Positions 1-10,860 of a stretch of DNA of 43,996 bases are shown piece after piece; the stretch's first letter is position 1, and every line of letters starts with the position of its first letter. The stretch comes from Octopus bimaculoides (lineage: Eukaryota). The translations under genes were made by a program, and so were the position numbers. The DNA is taken from positions 63,617,526-63,661,521 of the forward strand of contig NC_068985.1 in NCBI RefSeq assembly GCF_001194135.2, in the 5' to 3' direction. The notes under the pieces are model-generated. The model had not been told where the DNA came from. It did no database searches and saw nothing but the letters and a program-made list of their open reading frames with translations.

Positions 1-20
1 ATATACATACGTACATATAT

Positions 21-86
21 ACGTCCGCTTTCCATGCTAGCATGGGTTGGACGATTTGACTGAGGACTGGTGAAACCAGATGGCTA
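21..86 (-). mobile_element. 3' end fragment of the SINE family seen at 6770-7322
   Basis: acgtccgctttccatgctagcatgggttgga...gatggcta is the reverse complement of about 7225-7290. Confidence 0.85.
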
Positions 87-99
87 AAGACTTTCCGTA

Positions 100-350
100 T
101 TCCAGAGCGTCATACTAATATATACTTTTGTTATTTACACCACCTGGCCTCGTCTGTTGTTATTATTTGTATATTCTCCCATATATACATATATATACGT
201 ATATATACATATATATACTTATATATACATATATGTATATATACATATATATATACATATACACATAGATACATATACATACATATATATATATACATAT
301 ATATACACATATATATATATATATATACATATACACACACACATATATAT

Positions 351-383
<33 letters not shown>

Positions 384-415
384 CAGTGTGTCTATATATA
401 CATATATTTAATATA
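100..415. repeat. compound (TA)n/(CA)n microsatellite
   Basis: Direct inspection; explains the YI/CV-rich ORFs at 131-489. Core of the repeat is about 180-415. Confidence 0.9.
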
Positions 416-519
416 TGTGTGAATGTCTGTGTCAGGATGTTACACTTTTCCAACTTTACTCCTAGAGGCCGTAGTCCAACATATACCATTTTGGAATGAC
501 GCCAATGTCATGGATAAAT

Positions 520-800
520 TAAAAACATCCTGGTCCAAACCCAGCCCCGCAATCCTGAAATTTTGGATTCCCAAGTATTCATTGCTGGCAATGTTTGCGG
601 CGATTTTTCGGTGTGATTTTTGCGACAAATTGTTTTGTACAATAACAATTTTTATAATTCAAACGATAACTCCATGTGTAAATTAACAACATTCTGGGCT
701 ATATCCAGACCTGTAATCCTGAAATTTTGGATTCCCAAGTGTACATTACAGTGATTGTTTTTGGTGATTTTTTTACATGATATTTTGTGACAAATTTTTT
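520..800. repeat. diverged two-unit tandem duplication, period about 166 bp
   Basis: aatcctgaaattttggattcccaagt occurs near 551 and near 716, with similar flanks on both sides. Confidence 0.6.
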
Positions 801-1043
801 GGAATAATTGAAATTGATTGTGAAATCTAACGATTATCTTTGGTGATTCACTTATGTAGTTTTTTGTGACAAATGTGATCATCATTGTTATATGACTCTA
901 GAGGAAGCAATTGCAACAAATTCTCCAAAACAAGTCAAAAATCTTTTCGCAGTTCTTCCCATTTGGGTTTAGTAGCTTAGAAGCTGCCCTATTGGGTGGT
1001 TTTTAAGCTAGTATATATACATACATATATATATATATATATA

Positions 1044-1551
1044 NNNNNNNNNNNNNNNNNNNNNNNNNNNNNNNNNNNNNNNNNNNNNNNNNNNNNNNNN
1101 NNNNNNNNNNNNNNNNNNNNNNNNNNNNNNNNNNNNNNNNNNNNNNNNNNNNNNNNNNNNNNNNNNNNNNNNNNNNNNNNNNNNNNNNNNNNNNNNNNNN
1201 NNNNNNNNNNNNNNNNNNNNNNNNNNNNNNNNNNNNNNNNNNNNNNNNNNNNNNNNNNNNNNNNNNNNNNNNNNNNNNNNNNNNNNNNNNNNNNNNNNNN
1301 NNNNNNNNNNNNNNNNNNNNNNNNNNNNNNNNNNNNNNNNNNNNNNNNNNNNNNNNNNNNNNNNNNNNNNNNNNNNNNNNNNNNNNNNNNNNNNNNNNNN
1401 NNNNNNNNNNNNNNNNNNNNNNNNNNNNNNNNNNNNNNNNNNNNNNNNNNNNNNNNNNNNNNNNNNNNNNNNNNNNNNNNNNNNNNNNNNNNNNNNNNNN
1501 NNNNNNNNNNNNNNNNNNNNNNNNNNNNNNNNNNNNNNNNNNNNNNNNNNN
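1044..1551. other. assembly gap (other gaps: 21554-21859, 22841-23168, 28641-29096)
   Basis: Runs of N, mostly bordered by (TA)n/(TG)n microsatellites. Confidence 1.
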
Positions 1552-1561
1552 GCAAGCTACT

Positions 1562-1602
1562 TCAGGCTGATGACGAGCAAAGACTCAGAAACATGTCCAT
1601 GA
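1562..1602 (+). ncRNA. minimal type-I hammerhead ribozyme motif (Penelope-like pLTR type)
   Basis: tcagg CTGATGA cgagcaaagactca GAAA catg TC catga: intact CUGAUGA and GAAA core, stem II gag/ctc, palindromic stem III ACATGT, GUC cleavage triplet, stem I tcagg/catga with one mismatch. Confidence 0.7.
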
Positions 1603-2017
1603 ATGCTGGCTAGGCTGGGTGGGGGAGCTTGTCTCCCCTTCACAAACTTAAGGACACAGTAATTGTGTCAAGGCCGACAGGAAGCGGTCCAGCTTCCTAG
1701 GGCTAAACAGCAGTAGTGTATTCCCTTATTGGGATTGTCACATTAAGTTGACAATATACTACAACTTTGTCGTTCCACTACTGCTTAAATCTCTCTGAGA
1801 GATTTAGAAATATTATATTTCTAATATATATATATATATATGTATATACACACACACACACACACACATACATACATACAAAGTATATAATTTTATAAAT
1901 AGTTTACTACATGCTAAATGGTTGATACTTGGTATTAATTTTTACCTTAATGGTTTATTACATGTTAGCTACTTGTAGAGTTTATCCTTGATTATAATGA
2001 TACATATACATACATAC

Positions 2018-2059
<42 letters not shown>

Positions 2060-2075
2060 CACACACACAAACACG

Positions 2076-2512
2076 CCCTTAAGTAACATTTAGTAATGAT
2101 TATAGTTTTCCTTTTTGGTAACACATCGTGCATGGATGTCTATATTAATTTTTTTATGCATATTAGTGACTCACTAAATCATCTGTAGATTTTTATGGTG
2201 AATACATATATACTAATAGAGAATTAAGTCCAGAATCAGCTGAATCAAACAGTCCTTACTGATGAGGCTATGGAAATAGCCAAAACTGACCTATCAGTAT
2301 AAGGAATTCTCAACTGGTGTTTTCATGTGATTACTGTCCCTGCCAGTATATATGTATACAATTAAAAGGTTTAACTATAGCATTAAAGCTTTTTAGCTCT
2401 TATTTCTAGCAATGTAGGTGTTCTAACACCCTTAGTATTGTTTAGTGACAATTATAGTTTTCCTTTTTGGTAGCACGCAGTGCATGGCTGTCTATGTTAA
2501 TTTTTTTTACAC
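2076..2512 (+). mobile_element. Penelope pLTR/retrozyme-like unit: about 85-bp direct repeats 353 bp apart enclosing a hammerhead
   Basis: cccttaagtaacatttagt...gttttcctttttggtaacac...gtgcatggatgtctatattaatt at 2076 recurs at 2429 (cccttagtattgtttagt...gtgcatggctgtctatgttaatt). Confidence 0.6.
2254..2304 (+). ncRNA. type-I hammerhead ribozyme motif with G12-to-A core substitution
   Basis: cctta CTGATGA ggctat-ggaa-atagcc AAAA ctga-ccta-tcag TA taagg: three perfectly paired stems; GAAA reads AAAA. Confidence 0.8.
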
Positions 2513-2533
2513 TCACACACACACACACACACA

Positions 2534-3420
2534 CAGGGTGCAATGGGTAAATTGTTGCAATTTCATACTTTTAATTTTGTGAATGTGCATCGTTTGTTTT
2601 TTATTTTGCCAACTACACAGTATAGTAGGGTCAGTTGGGCACCAGCTGTGAGAAAAACAGCTCCATGATGCAATTCACTCTCCCAGAAATTTGGAAACAA
2701 CATACTGTACTACTTGGCATTCATGCTGGAAGCTCCAATATGAACATTTCAGAGTGTCTGAGTGTCATTCTGAGGGCAGATTGTACTTAAAACATGTACT
2801 GAGAGTGATAAAAATCAAACATCCAATCAACACCATGGTGTTTGGGGTGATCACTAGTGATGATGACATTATGCCTCCATTCATCTTCCCACATGGCCTC
2901 AGACTCAACATGGAGGCCTACATCAAGTGCCTGGAGGAGGTAGTGCTGCCCTGGATCAAGAGGGTGGATGCTGGATGAACCTATGACTGGCAACAGGACT
3001 CTGCACCATGCCAAATAAATAGGAGAACCCAGTCACGGTTGTCAGGTAATTTCTGCGACCACATTGCCCCTAACACCTGCCCACCTGACTCCCCAGACTG
3101 CAACCCCCTTGATTATTATGTGTGGGGCACAGTTGAGCGAGAGATTAACAAAACTCCTTGTAACACCAAAGATGAACTGAAAGCAAGGATTACTGCAGCA
3201 TTCACCAACTTAAACAAGGCGACCATCCAGAAGAGTTGCAGGAGATTCCAAAGTTGGCTGGAGGCCGTGGTTTAAGCCAATGGTAATTTTATTGAATAAA
3301 TTTTACTCTTTAGTATTTCAAGATGTTTTTATGTAATTTTGGTAAATATATCTGTTAAAATGAGATATCAGTGTTATTTTCATTTCTGTATAATTTAGAC
3401 AATATATTCACCACAGCCTG
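2534..3420 (+). mobile_element. degenerate Tc1/mariner element, DD37D (maT-type), N-terminally deleted
   Basis: One frame 2691-3275 with an in-frame TGA at 2976: KHPINTMVFGVITSDDDIMPPFIFPHGLRLN...WQQDSAPC...PPDSPDCNPLDYYVWG; 37 residues between the 2nd and 3rd catalytic D. Degenerate TIRs cagggtgcaatgggtaaattg / caatatattcaccacagcctg. Confidence 0.85.
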
Positions 3421-4151
3421 TGTATACACACACACACACATACATATATGTACATGGTGGAAGTCAACTCATTACTGAGTAAGACTTCTTAACCCCCATT
3501 TCATTCTAAGAAACATCTCACATTTGGCCTCCTCATCACTGATGACATTTCACACTGTTCCTAAGGTCTGCAAAGTCATTGCAGTCCAAGGACAAGTCAG
3601 CCACCCAACAACAGCCTGATCAGCTGGATGTTGGAACCTATAAAGCCACATTAGTCCACTGACCACCCAACACACTCTACTACACAAGGTGAGCAAAAGA
3701 ACATGCTGGCTATCACATTGATAGACAGAAGCACCTCCATGACCAAATTTGTGGCTGAGTAGACCTGCCTTTGAGAAGCAGATATGATTATACGGGTCAC
3801 ACAAAAGTGACTCTTTCATGCCCTTCTCAGGCATACATATTATATATAAACATTTATATAAACTTCAGTTAAATAAGGTACACCTAGTTAAGCCTAGTTA
3901 AGCCAGAATAAGGTGCACAAACAGCAATAATTTGCAAATATCAACCTTGGTATATCAGTACCGACAGAATGAAGTTCTTGTAGTGCTTGCAGAAAACTAG
4001 ATTCAGCTGAGTATACAATCTGCTCTTGAGCTATTCAGACATGTATAATTTATTAAATGCATAGTCTGCAATAAACTTCAGAATATGTGAAAGGCATGTT
4101 CTGAGATAGGTGAATAACATATAAATAAATAAAAAAGACAGGTGTCAATCC

Positions 4152-4193
<42 letters not shown>

Positions 4194-4223
4194 TATATAT
4201 ATACATATACACACATTCACATA

Positions 4224-5103
4224 CAAGGTGCATTCCAGAAGTTTTAAAGACCTTTTTAGGAGAGGCAGGTCTAACTATCCTAGATTATCATAGGTTTATT
4301 GTAGCATTGTCATACATCTTACAAGCTGACCTTCCAATTTTTTTTGTATTCCAGATTGATGGAAATGGTTGCAACAGAACTTTGAACACATCCCACAATA
4401 CACTGCTTGACACAGCTGACTAGTTCGCAGAATGCAGTTGAGACATCAGGAAGCTTGCTATTCAATATATTTTCATGTTAAACTGGGCAAAAATGCTACA
4501 AAAGCTTATGAAATGCTCCAGACTGTTTATGGATTAACTTTTGCATTGGTGCAAGAGGTTTAAATACACTAAAGATGAGGTGAAAAATGATGAGAGGCGT
4601 GGGAGGGAGAGGGATGTCAGAACATCAGAGTCAGTTGAGAAAATTCGCAGTTTTCTGGATAAAGACCATCATGTGTTTATAAAGATAATAAACATTTAGA
4701 TTGGAGTTCTAGTGGCAACTATGCACAAAATTATTTATGAAAATCTATAAATGTGCAAAGTTTGTTTTCAGAGTGCTCAGTGACATGCATTCTGGTGACC
4801 AACTACTTGACAGAGATGGGCATTAAAAGTGTCCCTCACTCTCCCTACAGTCCAGACCTTGCTCCCTGTGACTTTTGGTTGTTCCCTAAGCTTAAGAAGA
4901 ACCTCAGGGGCAGTTATTTTGTAGATGAAGGAGGTTATGACAAAGGTCCTGGATGCCCTCACTTGGGAGGACTTCCAAGGGGTCTTCATGAAGTGGCAGG
5001 AATGAGGGGATCTTACTTTGAAGGAGATTAGAGTTTTGTACTTCTTAGAAATTAATAAATATCTTTTCAGAAAAAGTCTAAAAACTGCTGAAATGCACCT
5101 CAT
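4224..5103 (+). mobile_element. degenerate mariner (DD34D-type) element
   Basis: TIRs aggtgcattccagaagttttaaagac / gtctaaaaactgctgaaatgcacct. Remnants HWCKRFK...KNDERRGR (HTH region) and VPHSPYSPDLAPCDFWLFPKLKKNLRG; internal deletions and frameshifts. Confidence 0.88.
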
Positions 5104-5412
5104 TCATACATACATACATACATACATACATACATACATACATACATACATACATACATACACACACATATACATACATGAGTCTCTTCCATTTTTCAAG
5201 AGAAATTGATTTTCCACAGGGAAGGCACTCCACTTGTTTTAACTACTAATGTATTCTATCAGTAACTTTTGCATTTGGCACTATATTAACCTACAAAGTT
5301 GGAAATGCTTTCCATGAAATCTAGATGTGTCACTAGTTTTTCAAAGCTACATAGTCCTCCATCTACATAGCAAATCTACATTGTCCTACATTTACATTCA
5401 AGACAAAATACA

Positions 5413-5497
5413 CATATCTACATTCAAAACTATATGCTCAGATGTCTACATTCAAGGTTATATATTCAGATGTCTTATTCAAAACTACATATTCAGA
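5413..5497. repeat. three-copy about 28-bp degenerate minisatellite
   Basis: atatctacattcaaaactatatgctcag / atgtctacattcaaggttatatattcag / atgtcttattcaaaactacatattcag. Confidence 0.6.
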
Positions 5498-6434
5498 CAC
5501 ACACTTTATTATTTAATTAGAGCGGTAATTAACACACTGCTGTCTTTATTATTTACTGAGATAACTAATATACACTTATCTTAATTGTTGAGTCATAGAA
5601 TGGTAAGTCTACACTACACAAGTAGCTTAATTATGATTTACCTGGTATGATAATTACACTACACAACACGTTGCTGTCTTAATTATTATCATTGTTATAT
5701 AGTATGGTTATTCCACAACATTCATATCTTTATTACTTAATTAGTATGGTAACTCTACAACATACAGCTGATACTCCCAAAGAGTCAATTTCATTGCTAC
5801 AATTTCAGAAATATCCTGTTCTCTGTTGGACTAAAGGGACAAATATTCTCACTAATTCCCTACACATATGGCTGCCAGAGAGATGGAGGACTTCTCAAAT
5901 ATTTGAATATCTGTTTAACAATGGAGGTTTACCCAAACCCAGTGAACCTAGAAATTGTAAACTAATATGACAGCAAGCAAAAAATACTTTTATGTAATAA
6001 CAATAACATTTCAAGGTAAAAACAAAACAGTAAAAACCAAAATTTGGGATTTAATAAGATGAAGAAAGAAGAGGAAGGAAAATCATAGCACAATGGATAA
6101 TAAAGGGAGGAGAATATACAACCTGAGACTGAATAACAAAAGAAAATAGCCACCATGCTCAAAAATAGTCCAGCCAAAGAATACAGATATATTAGTATAA
6201 GGCAACAGGTGAGTTAACAGGTAATTAGAAGTTATAGCAGTTCATATCATTGGAGTCATTTTGTAAATTTATGTATGTGTGAGAGAGTGATTGTATGTGT
6301 ATATGAGTGTATTTAACTGTATGACTGTTGTGTGCATGTATATGTGCGTATGTAACCATGTATATGTGTCATTGTGCATATATATGTACATAAACATGTG
6401 ATAATATGATTGAGTATGTGCTATTGTTTGATTG

Positions 6435-6474
<40 letters not shown>

Positions 6475-6769
6475 TGTGTGTGTTCATGTAACTTTGTCTG
6501 ATTGAGGGTTTGTAAGATTGTGTGTGTATATGTAATTGTGTTTGTGTGATTATAGCATATACCATCCAGTTTAATTCATGGCTTTAGCTACATCATACAC
6601 ACACCAACATCACACACATATACACCATTACAACATGACCATCATCCATTGATAAATACATCTGACAATCACATAGACAGGGAGATCTTCTGTCTCTATG
6701 TACTGGCAAGGCAGTGTGTGTGTGTGTGTGGGAGGGGTAACACGTAGAATAAAGCTGCATAAGATTGTC

Positions 6770-7322
6770 AACTTTTGATCTTATGTGTATTGCAATTGAT
6801 TTGATATACTAAGACCTTTTGGGGCAACCGAAAGCGAAATCGTGATGGCACCTGAACCAGTGGATCACTAAGAGCACCGCCCGAGCGTGATCGTTGCCAG
6901 AGCACCAGCTGTCTGGCTTCCGTGCCGGTGACACGTAAATACCACCATTTGAGCGTGATCGTTACCAACGTCGCCTTCCTGGCTCTTGTGCCAGTGGCAC
7001 GTGTAAAGACATTCGAGCGAGATTGTTGCCAGTACCGCTGGACTGGCTCCTGTGCAGATGGCATGTAAAACACACCGTTTTGAGCATGGCCGTTGCCAGT
7101 ACCTCTTGACTGACCTTCATGCCAGGTGGCACGTAAAAGCACCCACTACACTCTCAGAGTGGTTGGTATTAGGAAGGGCATCCAGCTGTAGAAACTCTGC
7201 CAAATCAGATTGGAGCCTGGTGTAGCCATCTGGCTCACCAGCCCTCAGTCAAACATCCAACCCATGCTAGCATGGAAAGCGGACGTTAAATGATGATGAT
7301 GATGATGATTATGATGATGATA
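6770..7322 (+). mobile_element. SINE-like element with four internal about 65-bp tandem units, RTE-type 3' tail and (GAT)n end
   Basis: Units start gagcgtgatcgttgccag at 6883, 6951, 7015 and 7082. They are followed by tggttggtattaggaagggcatccagc...ccaacccatgctagcatggaaagcggacgttaaa(tga)n. The 5' boundary is approximate. Confidence 0.8.
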
Positions 7323-7475
7323 AATCAAATGAATGCATGAATGTGCTACATCACAGTGCATCAGGACACTTGGGCAGCAGAAAACATGTCAGAATGGAAT
7401 TCGGAAAAAAATACTTTAATACATAAACTTTGAAGATGTATAATTCTTCATTATTCATTATGATGTCTTGATTAA

Positions 7476-7690
7476 AGGTGGTGAGCTGGCAGACTCGTTA
7501 ACATGCTGGGCTAAATGCATAGTGGTATTTTTTGCTACATTCTGAGTTCAAATTCCACCGAAGTTGACTTTACCTTTCACCCTTTCCAGCTCGATAAATT
7601 AAGTACCAGCAAAACACTGAGGTTGATGTAACTGACTTATCCCCCACCACAAAACTGCTGCCCTTATGGCAAAAATTTGAAACCATTACG
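7476..7690 (+). mobile_element. tRNA-derived SINE, family A
   Basis: ggtggtgagctggcagactcgttaac (A-box-like)...gagttcaaattcc (B-box-like)...gttgactttacctttcaccctttcc...aagtaccag. Seven more copies at 39194-42692. Confidence 0.85.
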
Positions 7691-8022
7691 ATATCTTGAT
7701 TATATACTCTGAATGCAACATGAAATCCAATGAAGCAATCTCAGGATTTGCCTGTCAAGTGAAGTGCAGTTTAACTGTTTATCTTAAATGATTCTAAAGG
7801 TCCCCTTTCATTCAATGTGGTTAGCCAGATCTGGATGAAAGAGTGCCCATAAAGCTGCCTGGATTTCAAATCCCTATTTCTTTACATTTTATTTATTTAG
7901 TCAGACAGACAGACAGACAGACAGACAGAATACTGAGAAAAAGGTTGGGTAATTTTTCCATAGTCAAAACCATGGTTTAATGAATATACATCACACACTA
8001 CAGAACATATACCCACAGCATT

Positions 8023-8220
8023 ATTACTCTTTTACTTGTTTCAGTCATTTGACTGTGACCATGCTGGAGCACCGCCTTTAGTCAAGCAAATCGACCCCAG
8101 GACTTATTCTTTGTAAGCCTTAGTACTTATTCTATCGGCCTCTTTTGCCAAACCACTAAGTTACAGGGACGTTAACACACCAGCATCGGTTGTCAAGCGA
8201 TGTTGAGGGGACAAACACAG

Positions 8221-8273
<53 letters not shown>

Positions 8274-8444
8274 CATATATACGACGGGCTTCTTTCAGTT
8301 TCTGTCTACCAAATCCACTCACAAGGCTTTGGTCGGCCCGAGGCTATAATAGAAGGCACTTGCCCAAGGTGCCATGCAGTGGGACTAAATCCGGAGCCAT
8401 GTGGTTGGTAAGCAAACAAATTACCACACAGCCACTCCTACGCC
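8023..8444 (-). mobile_element. tRNA-derived SINE, family B (CORE-like centre, internal microsatellite)
   Basis: Minus strand ggcgtaggagtggctgtgtggt...atttagtcccactgcatggcaccttgggcaagtgcc...; (CA)/(TA) repeat at about 8220-8280. A 3' part recurs at 30026-30216. Confidence 0.85.
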
Positions 8445-8978
8445 TATATTAAAAGTTAGCTTTCCTCACCAAAAAAAGTAATGATAATGATATATATAGT
8501 TGTGTATTTAGTAAATTTGTATATTTATTAAGTGCAACTTGTGGCCCTTAAGTCATATATGTAATTTTATAACAGAGTGTGTGTATGTGTGTATGAAGAT
8601 GTATATATACAGAGAGAGAGGGGAGAGAGTCTGACAGACAGATATGATACATGCTTCAATAAGAGAAGACCAAGATGAAAAGATGATATAGAAGCATAGT
8701 AAAAAGACAAACACTAACAAAATGAAAAACCACAGAAGAACATGCAGGAAACTGGGTTTTTCATGCATGAGAGTAAATGGGGAGTAATTGAAGATAGAAA
8801 GGTACAACTGGTAATTCTACTGTCTATGATAATTATGATGAATGGCAGGAGTGATGATAATGTTGGTTGTGCTGATGGTAGTGATGATGATGATGGTGAC
8901 TATAATGGCAGTGATGATAACAGTAATGAGATTTTTTACAAGGCTTGTACAGTGACAAGGTAATTAAAATTCATTAAA

Positions 8979-9996
8979 ATGATAGATCTATTGGACTTTC
9001 AAAGAGGTCAAATTGCTGGTGCTCATATGGCTGGTGCTAGCATAACAAAAACAGCCAAAATGTTTGGTGTATCAAGAAGTAGTCTAGAAAGTAATGACAG
9101 CCTTTGAGAAAGAGGGAAAAAACCTCCTCGTCAAAACAAAACTCACGAAGAAAACCAAAACTTTCAGATAGAGAACAAACAAACTTTTACGTGAATTGTT
9201 AGAAAGGATCACAGAAGTACAGCTCCCAAAATTACTGCAGAGCTCCCAGTTTCCACAAAAACTGTTCGCTGGGAGCTGCACGAAGCTGGATTTCATGAGA
9301 GGGTTGCAATCAGAAAGCCACTACTTTCAAAAACAAACATTGCAAAGTATTTAGAGTGGAGTAAAAACCTACAGAATTGGTCCCTAGAGCAGTGGAGGAA
9401 TGTTATTTACTTGAATGAGTCATCCTTTACTTTATTTCCAACCACCAGCCGAGTATACGTGTGGAGACAACCAAAAGAAGCATTTGACCAAGACTGCCTT
9501 CTTCCAACTGTTAAACATGGAGGAAGATCTGTGATGATCTGGGGAGCTATATCTTGAAACCCACTGGCCCAACGGTTTCTCTTTATGGCGGAATTAATAG
9601 TCAAGTCTATTTAAATATTTTATCTGATCAAATTCATCCTATGGTTGCAGAACTGTTTTCAGAGGGAAATGCAATCTTTCAGGATAATAATGCACCAATT
9701 CACACAGCTAAAGTTGTTACTGAATGGCACGAGGAACATTCTAGTGAAGTTGAACATCTTATCTGGCAACCACAGTCCCCAGATCTCAATATTATTGAAC
9801 ATTTATGGTGCATTTTAGAAAAACAATTACGGAGTTGACAATCTCCAGCATCATCACTACAAGAACTGGAGACTGTTTTAGCTGAAGAATGGACAAAAAT
9901 TTCTTTGGAAACAATTCAAATCTTGTACGAGTCCATACCTCATAGAATTCAAGCTGTAATTATTGCCAATGCTTCCATTATTTTGTCCAACCCCTG
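8979..9996 (+). mobile_element. degenerate Tc1-like transposon, probably DD36E (Incomer-like)
   Basis: MIDLLDFQRGQIAGAHMAGASITKTAKMFGVSRS...VSTKTVRWELHEAG...NESSFTLFPTTSRVYVWRQPKE...PTVKHGGRSVMIWGAIS*...FQDNNAPIHTAK...QSPDLNIIEHLW. Right TIR ccattattttgtccaacccctg then TA; left TIR not recognisable. Confidence 0.88.
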
Positions 9997-10083
9997 TATA
10001 TTTCAATATCTCTTAATCTTCTCTTACCTTAGGGTGCTGGGTGTGTCCCAACAAGCAATTGTATGAAAGATGCAGATTAAAAG

Positions 10084-10319
<236 letters not shown>

Positions 10320-10860
10320 CTCTGATGTAGTACCAGGCAGTGGCTCTCATGGCTTCTGATCTTAACTGACTGGAAGTGTTATCATGTACATTGTTTTGTC
10401 TTGGTATAAAAAATGGGCTACAGCAAATATTCTGCTCAATACAACAGATTTGCTTGTCAGTTGCTTGACCTTAACCAGTTGAGCCTGTCCCTTAGTGGCT
10501 GACAATATGTGCATCTTTGATCATGAGCAGAAGTAGTGGGGGAGCATCATAGCCATGTATTGAGAGGAATTCTTTGGGGTTTGAATAATTCACCTTTGGA
10601 AACATGGGTGTTTTGTTCAATATCTTTAAACAACCCTTATTCAGGGACCTTTTGAGCAGGATGGGCTACTCGACCTGAAGAAAATTCAAACTGGGCCCCA
10701 CCTGCAAGGTCATGTGCTGTTTATCTTGATATGAGATCACTATGTCACACACATATGGTTGTAATGCATGTTTCTGGCGTACCCTTATCAGATGGGTAGT
10801 CATGATGGGTATACTGGGCTTTGTACATTTTACCCCAGTGTCACATGCACTGCTCTCTCA
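10320..10860. mobile_element. interspersed repeat of unknown class, about 540 bp
   Basis: GC-richer block bounded by microsatellites and recognised from memory as a common octopus repeat. Single copy in this window, so the class cannot be shown here. Confidence 0.45.

Noticed and set aside
131-489. YI/CV/HT-rich ORFs here and at 6269, 28090-28486, 30224-30539 and 42159
   Set aside because: Translations of (TA)n/(CA)n microsatellites; no coding signal.
652-990. Possible transposase or PLE ORF remnant before the first gap
   Set aside because: No catalytic or RT motif could be recognised in any frame.
989-1613. Long ORFs spanning X runs (also 21317-21936, 22794-23261, 28553-29215)
   Set aside because: They are open only because N gaps contain no stop codons.
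6883-7141. CRISPR-like regular repeats (also the 23-bp array at 15526-16570)
   Set aside because: Eukaryotic context, head-to-tail degenerate units without unique spacers, and no cas genes.
8340-8444. tRNA-like sequences (also 7476-7560 and 16170-16246)
   Set aside because: A/B boxes are present, but they run into SINE bodies and give no complete cloverleaf; they are SINE heads.
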